Origin: Eledone cirrhosa
Lineage: Eukaryota
DNA: 64,000 bases
Direction: 5' to 3'
NCBI GenBank assembly: GCA_964016885.1
Contig: OZ024745.1
Coordinates: 96,968,001-97,032,000, forward strand
Part shown: piece after piece, positions 42,470-57,400 of the stretch
Position numbering within the stretch: position 1 is the stretch's first letter
Layout of the letters: every line of letters begins with the position of its first letter
The notes under the pieces: model-generated
Seen by the model: only the letters and a program-made list of their open reading frames with translations
Databases searched by the model: none
Told to the model about the DNA's origin: nothing
Position numbers and translations under genes: made by a program

Positions 42470-45400
42470 TTTTCTTTTTCAAGATATTAGGGTGTGATTT
42501 AAGAGGATATGCTGGCTATCTTTATCCGTTCATGATACTGGGGTGTGATTTAAGGTGATATACTGGCTATCTTTATCATTTCGAAATACTAGGGTGTGAT
42601 TTAAGGATATTAAGCTGGGTAACTTTATCATTTCAAGATACTAGGGTGTGATTTAAGGATATTAGGCTGGGTAACTTTATCATTTCAAGATACTAGGGTG
42701 TGATTTAAGGAGATATGCTGGGTAACTTTATCATTTCATGATACTAGGGTGTGATTTAAGGGGATATGCTGGCTATCTGTATCATTTCAAGATACTAGGG
42801 TGTGATTTAAGAGGATATACTGGCTATCTTTATAATTTCAAGATACTAGGGTGTGATTTAAGGGGATATGCTGGCTATCTTTATCATTTCAAGATACTAG
42901 GGTGTGATTTAAGGGTATATGCTGGCTATCTTTATCATTTCGAGATACTAGGGTGTGATTTAAGGGTATATGCTGGCTATCTTTATCATTTCGAGATACT
43001 AGGGTGTGATTTAAGGGGATATGCTGGCTATCTTTATCATTTCGAGACACTAGGGTGTGATTTAAGTGGATATACTGGCTATCTTTATGATTTCAAGATA
43101 CTAGGGTGTGGTTTAAGGAGATATGCTGGCTATCTTTATAATTTCATGATACTAGGGTCTGATTTAAGGGGATATGCTGGCTATCTTTATCATTTCATGA
43201 TACTAGGGTTTGATTTAAGGGGATATGCTGGCTATCTTTATCATTTCGCTGTACCAATGACAAAATATGATAAGTTTTCTTAATCCAGGTGCAAATTGAC
43301 TCAGTACTCTGTGACACGCATTGTATTCCTATCACATCTTATCATAATTACTACCAATACAAAATGTATTATAAATGCAGGCTAACGATCTCTACTTACC
43401 TTCTCTGTGTGATATGAATAGTAACCATTAAGTTTTCTGATTAATGGCAAAAAATACAAAATATATCAAATATGTTATTTTCTTGTATAATGTTGATAAC
43501 TTACAACAAAATATTTTATTAATGTTTTTAGAGGAATTAGTTGCAGCCTTTTGCACTGAAGTTGTGTCATATATTCACTATTTCACCCCGAGGGATGAAA
43601 TAGATGAGAAATTAAGTTTTTGATATGCTGGCTATATTTATCATTTCAAGATACTAGAGTGTGATTTAAGGAGATATGCTGGCTATCTTTATCATTTCGA
43701 GATACTAGAGTGTGATTTAAGGAGATATGCTGGCTATCTTTATCATTTCGAGATACTAGGGTGTGATATAAGAAGATATGCTGACTATCTTTATCATTTC
43801 AAGAGACTAGGGTGTGATTTAAGGAGATATGCTGGCTATCTTTATCATTTCAAGAGACAAGGGTGTGAGTTAAGGGGTTATACTGGCTATCTTTATCATT
43901 TCAAGAGACTAGGGTGTGATTTAAGGAGATATGCGGGCTATTTTTATCATTTCAATATACTAGGGTGTGATTTAAGGAGATATGCTGGCTATCTTTATCA
44001 TTTCGAGATACTAGGGTGTAATTTAAGGAGATATGCTGGCTATCTTTAACATTTCGAGATACTAGGGTGTGATTTCAGGGGATATGCTGGCTATCTTTAT
44101 CATTACAAGATACTATGTTGTGATTTAAGGGGATATACTGGATATCTTTATCATTTCAGGATATTAGGGTATGATTTAAGGTGATATACTGGCTATCTTT
44201 ACGATTTCAAGATACTAGGGTGTAATTTAAGGGGATATGCTGGCTACATTTATCATTTCAAGGTACTAGGGTCTGATTAAAGGGGATATGCTGGTTATCT
44301 TTATCATTTCAATATACTAGGGTGTGATATAGTAAGATATGCTGGTTATATTTATCATTTCGAGATACTAGGGTGTGATTTAAGGAGATATGCAGGATAT
44401 TTTTATCATTTCAAGATACAAGGGTCGGATTTAAGGTGATATGCTGGCTATCTTTCTCATTTCAAGATACTAGGGTGTGATTTAAGGATATATGCTGGCT
44501 ATTTTTATCATTTCGAGATACTAGGGTGTGTTTTAAGGAGTTATGCTGGCTATCTTTATCATTTCAAGATACTAGGGTGTGATTTAAGGGTATATGCTGG
44601 CTACATTTATCATTTCAAGGTACTAGGGTTTGATTAAAGTGGATATGCTGGCTATCTTTATCATTTCAAGATACTAGGGTGTGATTTAAGGAGATATGTT
44701 GGTTATCTTTATCATTTCAAGATACTAGGGTGTGATTTAAGGGGATATGCACGCTATCTTTATCATTTCAAGATACTAAGTTGTGATTTAAGGGAATATG
44801 CTGGCTATCTTTATCATTTCGAGATACTAGGGTGTGATTTAAGGAGATATGCTGGCTATCTTTATCATTTCGAGATACTAGGGTGTGATTTAAGGAGATA
44901 TGCTGGCTATCTTTATCATTTCAATATACTAGTGTGTGATTTAAGGAGATATGCTGGCTATCTATATAATTTTGAGATATTAGAGTGTGATTTAAGGAGA
45001 TATGCTGGCTATCTTTATAATTTCGAGATACTAGGGTGTGATTTAAGGAGATATGCTGGCTATCTTTATCATTTCAAGACACTAGGGTGTGATTTAAGGG
45101 GATATACTGCCTATCTTTATCATTTCAAGATACTAGCGTGTGGTTTAACGGGATATGCTGGCTATCTTTATAATTTTGAGATATTAGAGTGTGATTTAAG
45201 GAGATATGCTGGCTATCTTTATCATTTCAAGGTACTAGGGTGTGATTTAAGGAGATATGCTGGCTATCTTTAACATTTTGAGATACTAGGGGGTGATTTA
45301 AGGGGATATGCTGGCTATCTTTATCATTTCAAGATACTAAGTTGTGATTTAAGGGGATATGCTGGCTATCTTTATGATTTCGAAATAGTAGGGTGTGTTT

Positions 45401-48400
45401 TAAGGAGATATGCTGGCTATCTTTATCATTTCAAGATACTAGGGTGTGATTTAAGGGGATATGCTCGGTACATTTATCATTTCAAGATACTAGGGTGTGA
45501 TTTAAGGAGATATGCTGGCTATCTTTATCATTTCAAGATACTAGAGTGTGATATAAGAAGATATGCTGGCTATCTTTATCATTTCAAGATACTAGGTTGT
45601 GATTTAAGGGGGTATGGTGGCTATCTTTATCATTTCGAGATACTAGGGAGTGATTTCAGGAGATATGCTGGCTAGCTTTATGATTTCAAGATATTCGGGA
45701 GTGGTTTAAGAAGATATGCTGGCTATCTTTATCATTTCAAGATACTAGGGTGTGATTTAAGGAGATATGCTGGCTATCTTTATCATTTCAAGGTACTAGG
45801 GTGTGATTTAAGGAGATATGCTGGCTATCTTTATCATTTCGATATACTAGAGTGTGACTTAAGGAGATATGCTGGCTATCTTTATCATTTCAAGATACTA
45901 GGGTGTGATTTAAGGGGATATGCTGGCTATCATTATGATTTCAACATACTAGGTTGTGATTTAAGGGGATATGTTGGCTACATTTATCATTTCAAGGTAC
46001 TAGGGTTTGATTAAAGTGGATATGCTGGCTATCTTTATCAGTTCAATATACTAGGGTGTGATATAAAAACATATGCTGCTTATCTTTATCATTTCAAGAT
46101 ACTAGTGTGTAATTTAATGAGATACTAAGTTGTGATTTAAGGGGATATGCTGGCTATCTTTATCATTTCGAAATACTCGGGTGTGTTTTAAGGAGATATG
46201 CTGGCTATCTTTATCATTTCAAGATACTAGGGTGTGATTTAAGGATATATGCTGGCTATATTTATCATTTCAATATACTAGGGTGTGATTTAATGAGATA
46301 TGCTGGCTATCTTTATCATTTCAAGATACTAGGGTGTGATTTAAGGAGATATGCTGGCTATCTTTCTCATTTCGATATACTCGGGTGTGTTTTAAGGAGA
46401 TATGCTGGCTATCTTTATCATTTCAAGATACTAGGGTGTGATTTAAGGAGATATGCTGGCTATTTTTATCATTTCAAGAGACTAGGGTGTGATTTAAGGG
46501 GATATGCTGGCTATCTTTATCATTTCAAGAGACAAGGGTGTGAGTTAAGGAGATATGCGGGCTATTTTTATCATTTCAATATACTAGGGTGTGATTTAAG
46601 GAGATATGCTGGCTGTCTTTATCATTTCAAGAGACTAGGGTGTGATTTAAGGAGATATGCGGGCTATTTTTATCATTTCAATATACTAGGGTGTGATTTA
46701 AGGAGATATGCTGGCTATCTTTATCATTTCGAGATACTAGGGTGTAATTTAAGGAGATATGCTGGCTATCTTTAACATTTCGAGATACTAGGGTGTGATT
46801 TCAGGGGATATGCTGGCTATCTTTATCATTACAAGATACTATGTTGTGATTTAAGGGGATATACTGGATATCTTTATCATTTCAGGATATTAGGGTATGA
46901 TTTAAGGTGATATACTGGCTATCTTTACGATTTCAAGATACTAGGGTGTAATTTAAGGGGATATGCTGGCTACATTTATCATTTCAAGGTACTAGGGTCT
47001 GATTAAAGGGGATATGCTGGTTATCTTTATCATTTCAATATACTAGGGTGTGATATAGTAAGATATGCTGGCTATCTTTCTCATTTCAAGATACTAGGGT
47101 GTGATTTAAGGATATATGCTGGCTATTTTTATCATTTCGAGATACTAGGGTGTGTTTTAAGGAGATATGCTGGCTATCTTTATCATTTCAAGATACTAGG
47201 TTGTGATTTAAGGGGATATGATGGCTATCTTTATCATTTCAAGATACTAGGGTGTGATTTAAGGAGATATGTTGGTTATCTTTATCATTTCAAGATACTA
47301 GGGTGTGATTTAAGGGGATATGCACGCTATCTTTATCATTTCAAGATACTAGGGTGTGATTTAAGGAGATATGCTGGCTATCTTTATCATTTCAAGATAC
47401 TAGGGTGTGATTTAAGGGGATATGCTGGCTATCTTTATCATTTCAATATACTAGTGTGTGATTTAAGGAGATATGCTGGCTATCTTTATCATTTCAAGAC
47501 ACTAGGGTGTGATTTAAGGGGATATACTGCCTATCTTTATCATTTCAAGATACTAGCGTGTGGTTTAACGGGATATGCTGGCTATCTTTATAATTTTGAG
47601 ATATTAGAGTGTGATTTAAGGAGATATGCTGGCTATCTTTATCATTTCAAGGTACTAGGGTGTGATTTAAGGGGATATGTTGGCTACATTTATCATTTCA
47701 AGGTACTACGGTTTGATTAAAGAGGATATGCTGGTTATCTTTATCATTTAAATATACTAGGGTGTGATATAAGGGGATATGCTGGCTATCTTTATCATTT
47801 CGAGATACTACGGTGTAATTTAAGGAGATATACTGGCTATCTTTAACATTTTGAGACACTAGGGGGTGATTTAAGGCGATATGCTGGCTATCTTTATCAT
47901 TTCAAGATACTAGGGTGTGATTTAAGGGGATATGCTCGCTACATTTATCATTTCAAGATACTAGGGTGTGATTTAAGGAGATATGCTGGCTATCTTTATC
48001 ATTTCAAGATACTAGAGTGTGATATAAGAAGATATGTTGGCTATCTTTATCATTTCGAGATACTAGGGAGTGATTTCAGGAGATATGCTGGCTAGCTTTA
48101 TGATTTCAAGATATTCGGGAGTGGTTTAAGAAGATATGCTGGCTATCTTTATCATTTCAAGATACTAGGGTGTGATTTAAGGAGATATGCTGGCTATCTT
48201 TATCATTTCAAGATACTAGGGTGTGATTTAAGGGGATATGCTGGCTATCATTATGATTTCAACATACTAGGTTGTGATTTAAGGGGATATGTTGGCTACA
48301 TTTATCATTTCAAGGTACTAGGTTTGATTAAAGTGGATATGCTGGCTATCTTTATCAGTTCAATATACTAGGGTGTGATATAAAAACATATGCTGCTTAT

Positions 48401-51400
48401 CTTTATCATTTCAAGATACTAGTGTGTAATTTAATGAGATACGCTGGCTATCTTTAACATTTCGAGAAAACTAGGGTGTGATTTAAGGTGATATGCTGGC
48501 TATCTTTATCATTTCGAAATACTAGGGTGTGATTTAAGGAGATATGTTGGGTATCTTTCTCATTTAAGATACTATGGTGTGATTTAAGGAGATATGTTGG
48601 CTATCTTTCTCATTTAAGATACTATGGTGTGATTTAAGGAGATATGCTGGCTATCTTTATCATTTCAAGATACTAGGGTGTGATTTAAGGATATATGCTG
48701 GCTATATTTATCATTTCAAGATACTAGGGTGTGATTTAAGGGGATATGCTGGCTATATTTATCATTTCAAGATACTAAGTTGTGATTTAAGGGGATATGC
48801 TGGCTATATTTATCATTTCAATATACTAGGGTGTGATTTAAGGGGAAATGCTGGCTATCTTTATCATTTCAAGGTACTAGGGTGTGATTTAAGGATATAT
48901 GCTGGCTATATTTATCATTTCAATATACTAGGGTGTGTTTTAAGGAGATATGCTGGCTATCTTTATCATTTCAAGATACTAGGGTGTGATTTAAGGAGAT
49001 ATGCTGGCTATCTTTCTCATTTCGATATACTCGGGTGTGTTTTAAGGAGATATGCTGGCTATCTTTATCCTTTCGAGATACTAGGGTGTGATTTAAGGAG
49101 ATATGCTGGCTATCTTTATCCTTTCGAGATACTAGGGTGTGATTTAAGGAGGTATGCTGGCTATTTTTATCATTTCGAGATACTAGGGTGTGTTTTAAAG
49201 AGATATGCTGGCTATCTTTATCATTTCAAGATACTAGGGTGTGATTTAAGGGGATATGCTGGCTATCTTTAACATTTCTAGATACTAGGGTGTGAATTAA
49301 GGAGATATGCTGGCTATCTTTATCATTTCAATATACTAGAGCGTGATTTAACGGGATATGCTGGCAATCTTTATCATTTCGAGATACTAGGGTGTGATTT
49401 AAGGGTATATGCTGGCTACATTTATCATTTCAAGATACTAGGGTGTGATTTAAGGAGATATGCGGGCTATTTTTATCATTTCAAGTTACTAGCGCGTGAT
49501 TTAAGGGGATATGCAGGCTATCTTTATCATTTCAAGATACTAGAGTGTGATTTAAGGAGATATGCTGGCCATGTTTATCATTTCAAGATACTAGGGTGTG
49601 GTTTAAGTAGATATTCTGGCTATCTTTATCATTACAAGATACTAAGTTGTGATTTAAGGGGATATGCTGGCTATCTTTATCATTTCGAGATACTAGGGTG
49701 TGATTTAAGGGGATATACTGCCTATCTTTATGATTTCAAGATACTAGGGTGTGATTTAACGGGATATGGTGGCTACATTTATCATTTCAAGGTACTAGGG
49801 TGTAATTTAAGGAGATATGCTGGCTATCTTTATCATTTCAAGATACTAAGTTGTGATTTTTGGGGATATGCTGGCTATCTTTATCATTTCGAAATACTAG
49901 GGTGTGATTTAATGAGATATGTTGGCTATCTTTATCATTTCAATATACTAGGGTGTGATTTAAGGGGATATGCTGGCAATCTTTATCATTTCAAGATACT
50001 AGGGTGTGATTTAAGGGGATATGCTGGCTATCTTTAACATTTCAAGATACTAGGGTGTGATTTATGGAGATATGCTGGCTATCTTTATCATTTCAATATA
50101 CTACGGTGTGATTTAAGGGGATATGTTGGCTATCTTTATAATTTTGAGATACTAGATTGTGATTTAAGGAGATATGCTGGCTATCTTTATCATTTCAAGG
50201 TACTAGGGTGTGATTTAAGGGGATATGTTGGCTATCTTTATCATTTCGAAATACTAGGGTGTGATTTAAGGGCGTTTGCTGGCTATCTTTATCATTTCGA
50301 TATACTAGGGTGTGATTTAAGGGGATATGCTGGCTACATTTATCATTTCAAGATACTAGGGTGTGATTTAAGGAGATATGCTCGCTATCATTATCATTTC
50401 AAAGTACTAGGTTGTGATTTAAGGGGATATGCTGGCTACCTTTATCATTTCAAGGTACTAGGGTGTGATATAAGAAGATATGCTGCTTATCTTTATCATT
50501 TCGATATACTAGGGTGTAATTTAAGGAGATACGCTGGCTATCTTTAACATTTCGAGATACTAGGGTGTGATTTAAGGAGATATGCTGGCTATCTTTAGCA
50601 TTTCAAGATACAAGGGTGTGATTTAAGGGGATATGCTGGCTATCTTTATCATTTCAAGATACAAGGGTGTGATTTAAGGGGATATGCTGGTTATCTTTAT
50701 CATTTCAAGATACGAGAGTGTCATTTAAGGGGATATGCTGGCTATCTTTATCATTTCGAGATACTAGGGTGTGATTTAAGGAGATATGCTGCCTATCTTT
50801 ATCATTTCGAGATACTAGGGTGTTATTTAAGGAGATATGCTGGCTATCTTTATCATTTAAATATACTAGTGTGTGATTTAAGGAGATATGCTGGCTATCT
50901 TTATCATTTCGAGATACTAGGGTGTGATTTAAGGAGATATGCTGGCTATGTTTATCATTTCAATATACTAGTGTGTGATTTAAGGAGATATGCTGGCTAT
51001 CTTTATAATTTTGAGATACTAGAGTGTGATTTAAGGAGATATGCTGCTTATCTTTATCATTTCGAGATACTAGGGTGTAATTTAAGGAGATATGTTGGCT
51101 ATCTTTATCGTTTCAAGATACTATGGTGTGATTTAAGGAGATATACTGGCAATCTTTATGATTTCAAGATACTAGGGTGTGATTTAAGGGGATATACTGC
51201 CTATCTTTATCATTTCAAGATACTAAGTTGTGATTTAAGGGGATATGCTGGCTATATTTATCATTTCGAAATACTAGGGTGTGATTTAATGAGATATGTT
51301 GGCTATCTTTATCATTTCAAGATACGATGGTGTGATTTCAGGAGAATTGCTGGGTGTTTTTATCATTTCAAGATACTCGGGTGTGTTTTAAGGAGATATG

Positions 51401-54400
51401 CTGGCTATCTTTATCATTTCAATATACTAGGGTGTGATTGAAGGGGATATGCTGGCTATCTTTATCATTTCAAGATACTAGGGTGTGTTTTAAGGAGATA
51501 TGCTGGCTATCTTTATCATTTCAAGATACTAGGGTGTGTTTTAAGGAGATATGCTGGCTATCTTTATCATTCCAAGATACTAGGGTGTGATTTAAGGGGA
51601 TATGCTGGCTATCTTTATCATTTTGAGATACTAGGGTGTGATTGAAGGGGATATGCTGGCTATCTTTAACATTTCAAGATACTAGGGTGTGATTTAAGGA
51701 GATATGCTGGCTATCTTTATCATTTCAAGATAGTAAGTTGTGATTTAAGGGGATATATTGGCTATCTTTATGATATCACGATACTAGGGTGTGATTTAAG
51801 GAGATATGCTGGCTATCTTTATCATTTCAAGATACTAGGGTGTGGTTTAAGTAGATATGCTGGCTATCTTTATCATTTCAAGATACTAGGTTGTGATTTA
51901 AGGAGATATGCTGGCTATCTTTATCATTTCAAGGTACTAGGGTGTGATTTAAGGGGATATGTTGGCTACATTTATCATTTCAAGGTACTAGGGTTTGATT
52001 AAAGGGGATATGCTGGTTATCTTTATCATTTCAATATACTAGGGTGTGATATAAGAAGATATGCTGCTTATCTTTATTATTTCGAGATACTAGGGTGTAA
52101 TTTAAGGAGATATGCTGGCTATCTTTAACATTTCGAGATACTAGGGTGTGATTTAAGGGGATATGCTGGCTATCTTTATCATTACAAGATACTAGGGTGT
52201 GATTAAAGGAGAATTGCTGGGTATTTTTATCATTTCGAGATACTAGGGTGTGATTTAAGGAGATATGTTGGCTATCTTTCTCATTTAAGATACTAGGGTG
52301 TGATTTAAGGAGATATGCAGGATATTTTTATCATTGCAAGATACTAGGGTTTGATTTAAGGAGATATGCAGTCTATCTTTATCATTTCGATATACTAGGG
52401 TGTGATTTAAGGAGATATGCTGGCTATCTTTATCATTTCAACATACTAGGGTGTGATATAAGAAGATATGCTGGCTATCTTTATCATTTCGAGATACGAG
52501 GGTGTGATTAAAGGGGATATGCTGGCTATCTTTATCATTTCAATATACTAGGGTGTGATTCAAGGGGATATGCTGGCTATCTTTATCATTTCAACATACT
52601 AGGGTGTGATATAAGAAGATATGCTGGCTATCTTTATCATTTCAAGATACTAGGGTGTGATTTAAGGGGATATGCTGGCTATCTTTATCATTTCGAGATA
52701 CTAGCGTGTGATTTAAGGAGATATGCTGGTTATCTTTATCATTTCAAGACACTAGTGTGTCATTTAAGGGGATATGCTGGCTATTTTTATCATTTCAGGA
52801 TACTAGGGTGTGATTTAAGGAGATATGCTGGCTATCTTTATCATTTCAAGATACTAGAGCGTGATTTAAGGGGATATGCTGGCTATCCTTAACATTTCAA
52901 GATACTAAGTTGTGATTTAAGGAGATATGTTGGCTATTTTTACCATTTCAAGATAGTAGGGTGTGATTAAAGGTGATATGCTGGCTATCTTCATCATTTC
53001 GAGATACTAGGGTGTGATTTAAGGGGATATGCTGGCTATCTTCATCATTTCGAGATACTAGGGTGTGATTTAAGGAGATATGCTGGCTATCTTTATCATT
53101 TCAAGATACTAGGGTGTGATTGAAGGGGAAATGCTGGTTATCTTTATCATCTCAAGATACTAGGGTGTGATTAAAGGTGATATACTGGCTATCTTTATCA
53201 TTTCAAGATACTAGGGTGTGATATAAGGTGTTAGGCTGGCTATTTTTATCATTTCAAGATACTAGGGTGTGATTTAAGGGTATATGCTGACTATCTTTAT
53301 AATTTTGAGATACTAGTTTGTGATTTAAGGGGATATGCTGGATATTTTTATCATTTCAAGATACTCGGGTGTGATTTAATGAGATATGCTGGCTATGTTT
53401 CTCATTTCAACATACTAGGGTGTGATTTAAGGAGATATGCTGGCTATCTTTATCATTTCAAGATACTAGGGTGTGATTTAAGGGGATATGATGGCTATCT
53501 TTATCATTTAAAGTTACTAGGGTGTGATTTAAGGGGATATGCTGGCTATCTTTATCATTTTAAGATACTAGGGTGTGATTTAAGGAGATATGCTGGCTAT
53601 CTTTATCATTTCGAGATACTAGGGTGTGATTAAAGGGTATATGCTGGCCACATTTATCATTTCAAGGTACTAGGGTTTGATTAAAGCGGATATGCTGGCT
53701 ATCTTTATCATTTCAAGATACTAGTGTGTGACTAAAGGGGATATGCTGGCTATCTTTATCATTTCAAGATACTAGGGTGTGATTTAAGGGGATATGCTGG
53801 CTATCTTTATCATTTCGAGATACAAGGGTGTGATTTAAGAGATATGCTGCCTATTTTTATCATTTCGAGATACTAGGGTGTGATTAAAGGGGTAATGCTG
53901 GCTATCTTTTTCATTTCAATATACTAGGGTGTGATTTAAGGAGATATGCTGGCTATCTTTTTCATTTCAAGATACTCGGGTGTGATTTAAGGGGTTATGC
54001 TGGCTATCTTTATCATTTCAAGATACTAGGGTGTGATTTAAGGAGATATGTTGGCTATTTTTATCATTTCAAGATACTATGGTGTGATTTAAGGAGATAT
54101 ACTGCATATTTTTATCATTTCGAGATACTAGGGTGTGATTTAAGGAGATATTGTTGGCAATCTTTACCATTTCAAGATATTAGGGTGTGATTTAAGGGGT
54201 TATGCTGGCTATCTTTATCCTTTCAAGATACTAGGGTGTCATTTAAGGGGATATGCTGGCTATCTTTATCATTTCAAGATACTAGGGTGTGATTTAAGGG
54301 GATATGCTGGCTATCTTTATCATTTCGAGATACAAGGGTGTGATTTAAGAGATATGCTGCCTATTTTTATCATTTCGAGATACTAGGGTGTGATTAAAGG

Positions 54401-57400
54401 AGATATGCTGGCTATCCTTATCATTTCAAGATACTAAGTTGTGATTTAAGGGGATATGCTGGCTATCTTTATCATTTCAAGATACTAGGGTGTGATTTAA
54501 GGGGATATGCTGGCTATCCTTATCATTTCAAGATACTAAGTTGTGATTTAAGGGGATATGCTGGCTATCTTTATCATTTCAAGATACTAAGTTGTGATTT
54601 AAGGGGATATGCTGGCTATCTTTATCATTTCAAGATACTAGAGCGTGATTTAAGGGGATATGCTGGCTATCCTTATCATTTCAAGATACTAAGTTGTGAT
54701 TTAAGGGGATATGCTGGCTATCTTTATCATTTCAAGATACTAGGGTGTGATTAAAGGTAGAATTGCTGGGTATTTTTATCATTTCGAGATACTAGGGTGT
54801 AATTTAAGGGCATATGCTGGCTATCCTTATCATTTCGAGATACTAGGGTGTGATTTATGGGGATATGCTGGCTATCTTTATCATTTCAAGATACAAGGGT
54901 GTTATTTAAGGGGTTATGCTGGCTATCCTTATCATTTCAAGATACTAGGGTGTGATTAAAGGGGATATACTGGCTATCTTTATCATTTCAAGATACTAAG
55001 TTGTGATTTAAGGGGATATGCTGGCTATCTATATCATTTCAAGATACTAGGGTGTGATTAAAGGAGAATTGCTGGGTATTTTTATCATTTCGAGATACTA
55101 GGGTGTGATTGAAGGGGATATGCTGGCTATCTTTATCATTTCCAGATACTAGGGTTCGATTTAAGGGGATATGCTGGCTATCTTTATCATTTCAAGATAC
55201 TAGGGTGTGATTTAAGGGGATATGCTGGATATCTTTATAATTTCAACATACTAGGGTGTGATTTAAGGGTATATGCTGGCTACATTTATCATTTCAAGGT
55301 ACTAGTGTTTGATTAAAGTGGATATGCTGGCTATCTTTATCATTTCAAGATACTAGTGTGTGACTTAAGGGGATATACTGGCTATCTTTATCATTTCAAG
55401 ATACTAGGGTGTGATTTAAGGGGATATACTGGCTATCTTTATCATTTCGAGATACTAGGGTGTGATTTAAGGAGATATGTAGGATATTTTTATCATTTCA
55501 AGATACTAGGGTGTGATTTAAGAAGATATGCTGGCTATCTTTATCATTTCAAGATACTAGGGTGTGATTTAAGAAGATATGCTGGCTATCTTTATTATTT
55601 CAAGATACTAGGGTGTGATTGAAGGGGACATGCTGGTTATCTTTATCATTTTGAGATACTAGGGTGTGATTTAAGGAGATATGCTGGCTATCTTTATCAT
55701 TTTGAGATACTAGGGTGTGATTTAAGGAGATATGCTGGCTATCTTTATCATCTCAAGATACTAGGGTGTGATTAAAGGTGATATGCTGGTTATCTTTATC
55801 ATTTCAAGATACTAGGGTATGATTTTAGGGGATATGCTGGCTATCTTTATCATTTCAAAATACTAGGGTGTGATTTAAGGGGATATGCTGGCTATCGTTA
55901 TCATTTCGAGATACTAGGGTGTGATTTAAGGAGATATGTATGATATTTTTAACATTTCAAGATACCAGGGTGTGATTTAAGGAGATATGCTGGCTATCTT
56001 TATCATTTCAAGATACTAGGGTGTGATTTAAGAAGATATGCTGGCTATCTTTATTATTTCAAGATACTAGGGTGTGATTTAAAGAGATATGCTGGCTACT
56101 TTTATCATTTCAAGATACTAGGGTGTGATTTAAGGAGATATGCTGGCTATCTTTATCATTTCAAGATACTAGGGTGTTATTTAAGGGGTTATGCTGGCTA
56201 TCTTTATCATTTCAAGGTACTAGGGCGTGATTTATGGGGATATGCTGGCTATCTTTATCATTTCAAGATACTAGGGTGTTATTTAAGGGGTTATGCTGGC
56301 TATCTTTATCATTTCAAGATACTAGGGTGTGATTTATGGGGATATGCTGGCTATCTTTATCATTTCGAGATACTAGGGTGGGATTTAAGGGGTTATGCTG
56401 GCTATCTTTATCATTTCAAGATACTAGTGTGTGATTTAAGGAGATATGCAGGATATTTTTATCATTTCAAGATACTAGGGTGTGATTTAAGTAGATATGC
56501 TGGCTATCTTTATCATTTCAAGATACTAGAGCATGATTTAAGGGGATATGCTGGCTATCCTTATCATTTCAATATACTAAGTTCTGATTTAAGGGGATAT
56601 GCTGGCTATCTTTATCATTTCAAGACACTAGGGTGTGATTTAAGGGGATATACTGCCTATCTTTATCATTTCAAGATACTAGCGTGTGGTTTAACGGGAT
56701 ATGCTGGCTATCTTTATAATTTTGAGATATTAGAGTGTGATTTAAGGAGATATGCTGGCTATCTTTATCATTTCAAGGTACTAGGGTGTGATTTAAGGGG
56801 ATATGTTGGCTACATTTATCATTTCAAGGTACTACGGTTTGATTAAAGAGGATATGCTGGTTATCTTTATCATTTAAATATACTAGGGTGTGATATAAGG
56901 GGATATGCTGGCTATCTTTATCATTTCGAGATACTACGGTGTAATTTAAGGAGATATACTGGCTATCTTTAACATTTTGAGACACTAGGGGGTGATTTAA
57001 GGCGATATGCTGGCTATCTTTATCATTTCAAGATACTAGGGTGTGATTTAAGGGGATATGCTCGCTACATTTATCATTTCAAGATACTAGGGTGTGATTT
57101 AAGGAGATATGCTGGCTATCTTTATCATTTCAAGATACTAGAGTGTGATATAAGAAGATATGTTGGCTATCTTTATCATTTCGAGATACTAGGGAGTGAT
57201 TTCAGGAGATATGCTGGCTAGCTTTATGATTTCAAGATATTCGGGAGTGGTTTAAGAAGATATGCTGGCTATCTTTATCATTTCAAGATACTAGGGTGTG
57301 ATTTAAGGAGATATGCTGGCTATCTTTATCATTTCAAGATACTAGGGTGTGATTTAAGGGGATATGCTGTCTATCATTATGATTTCAACATACTAGGTTG

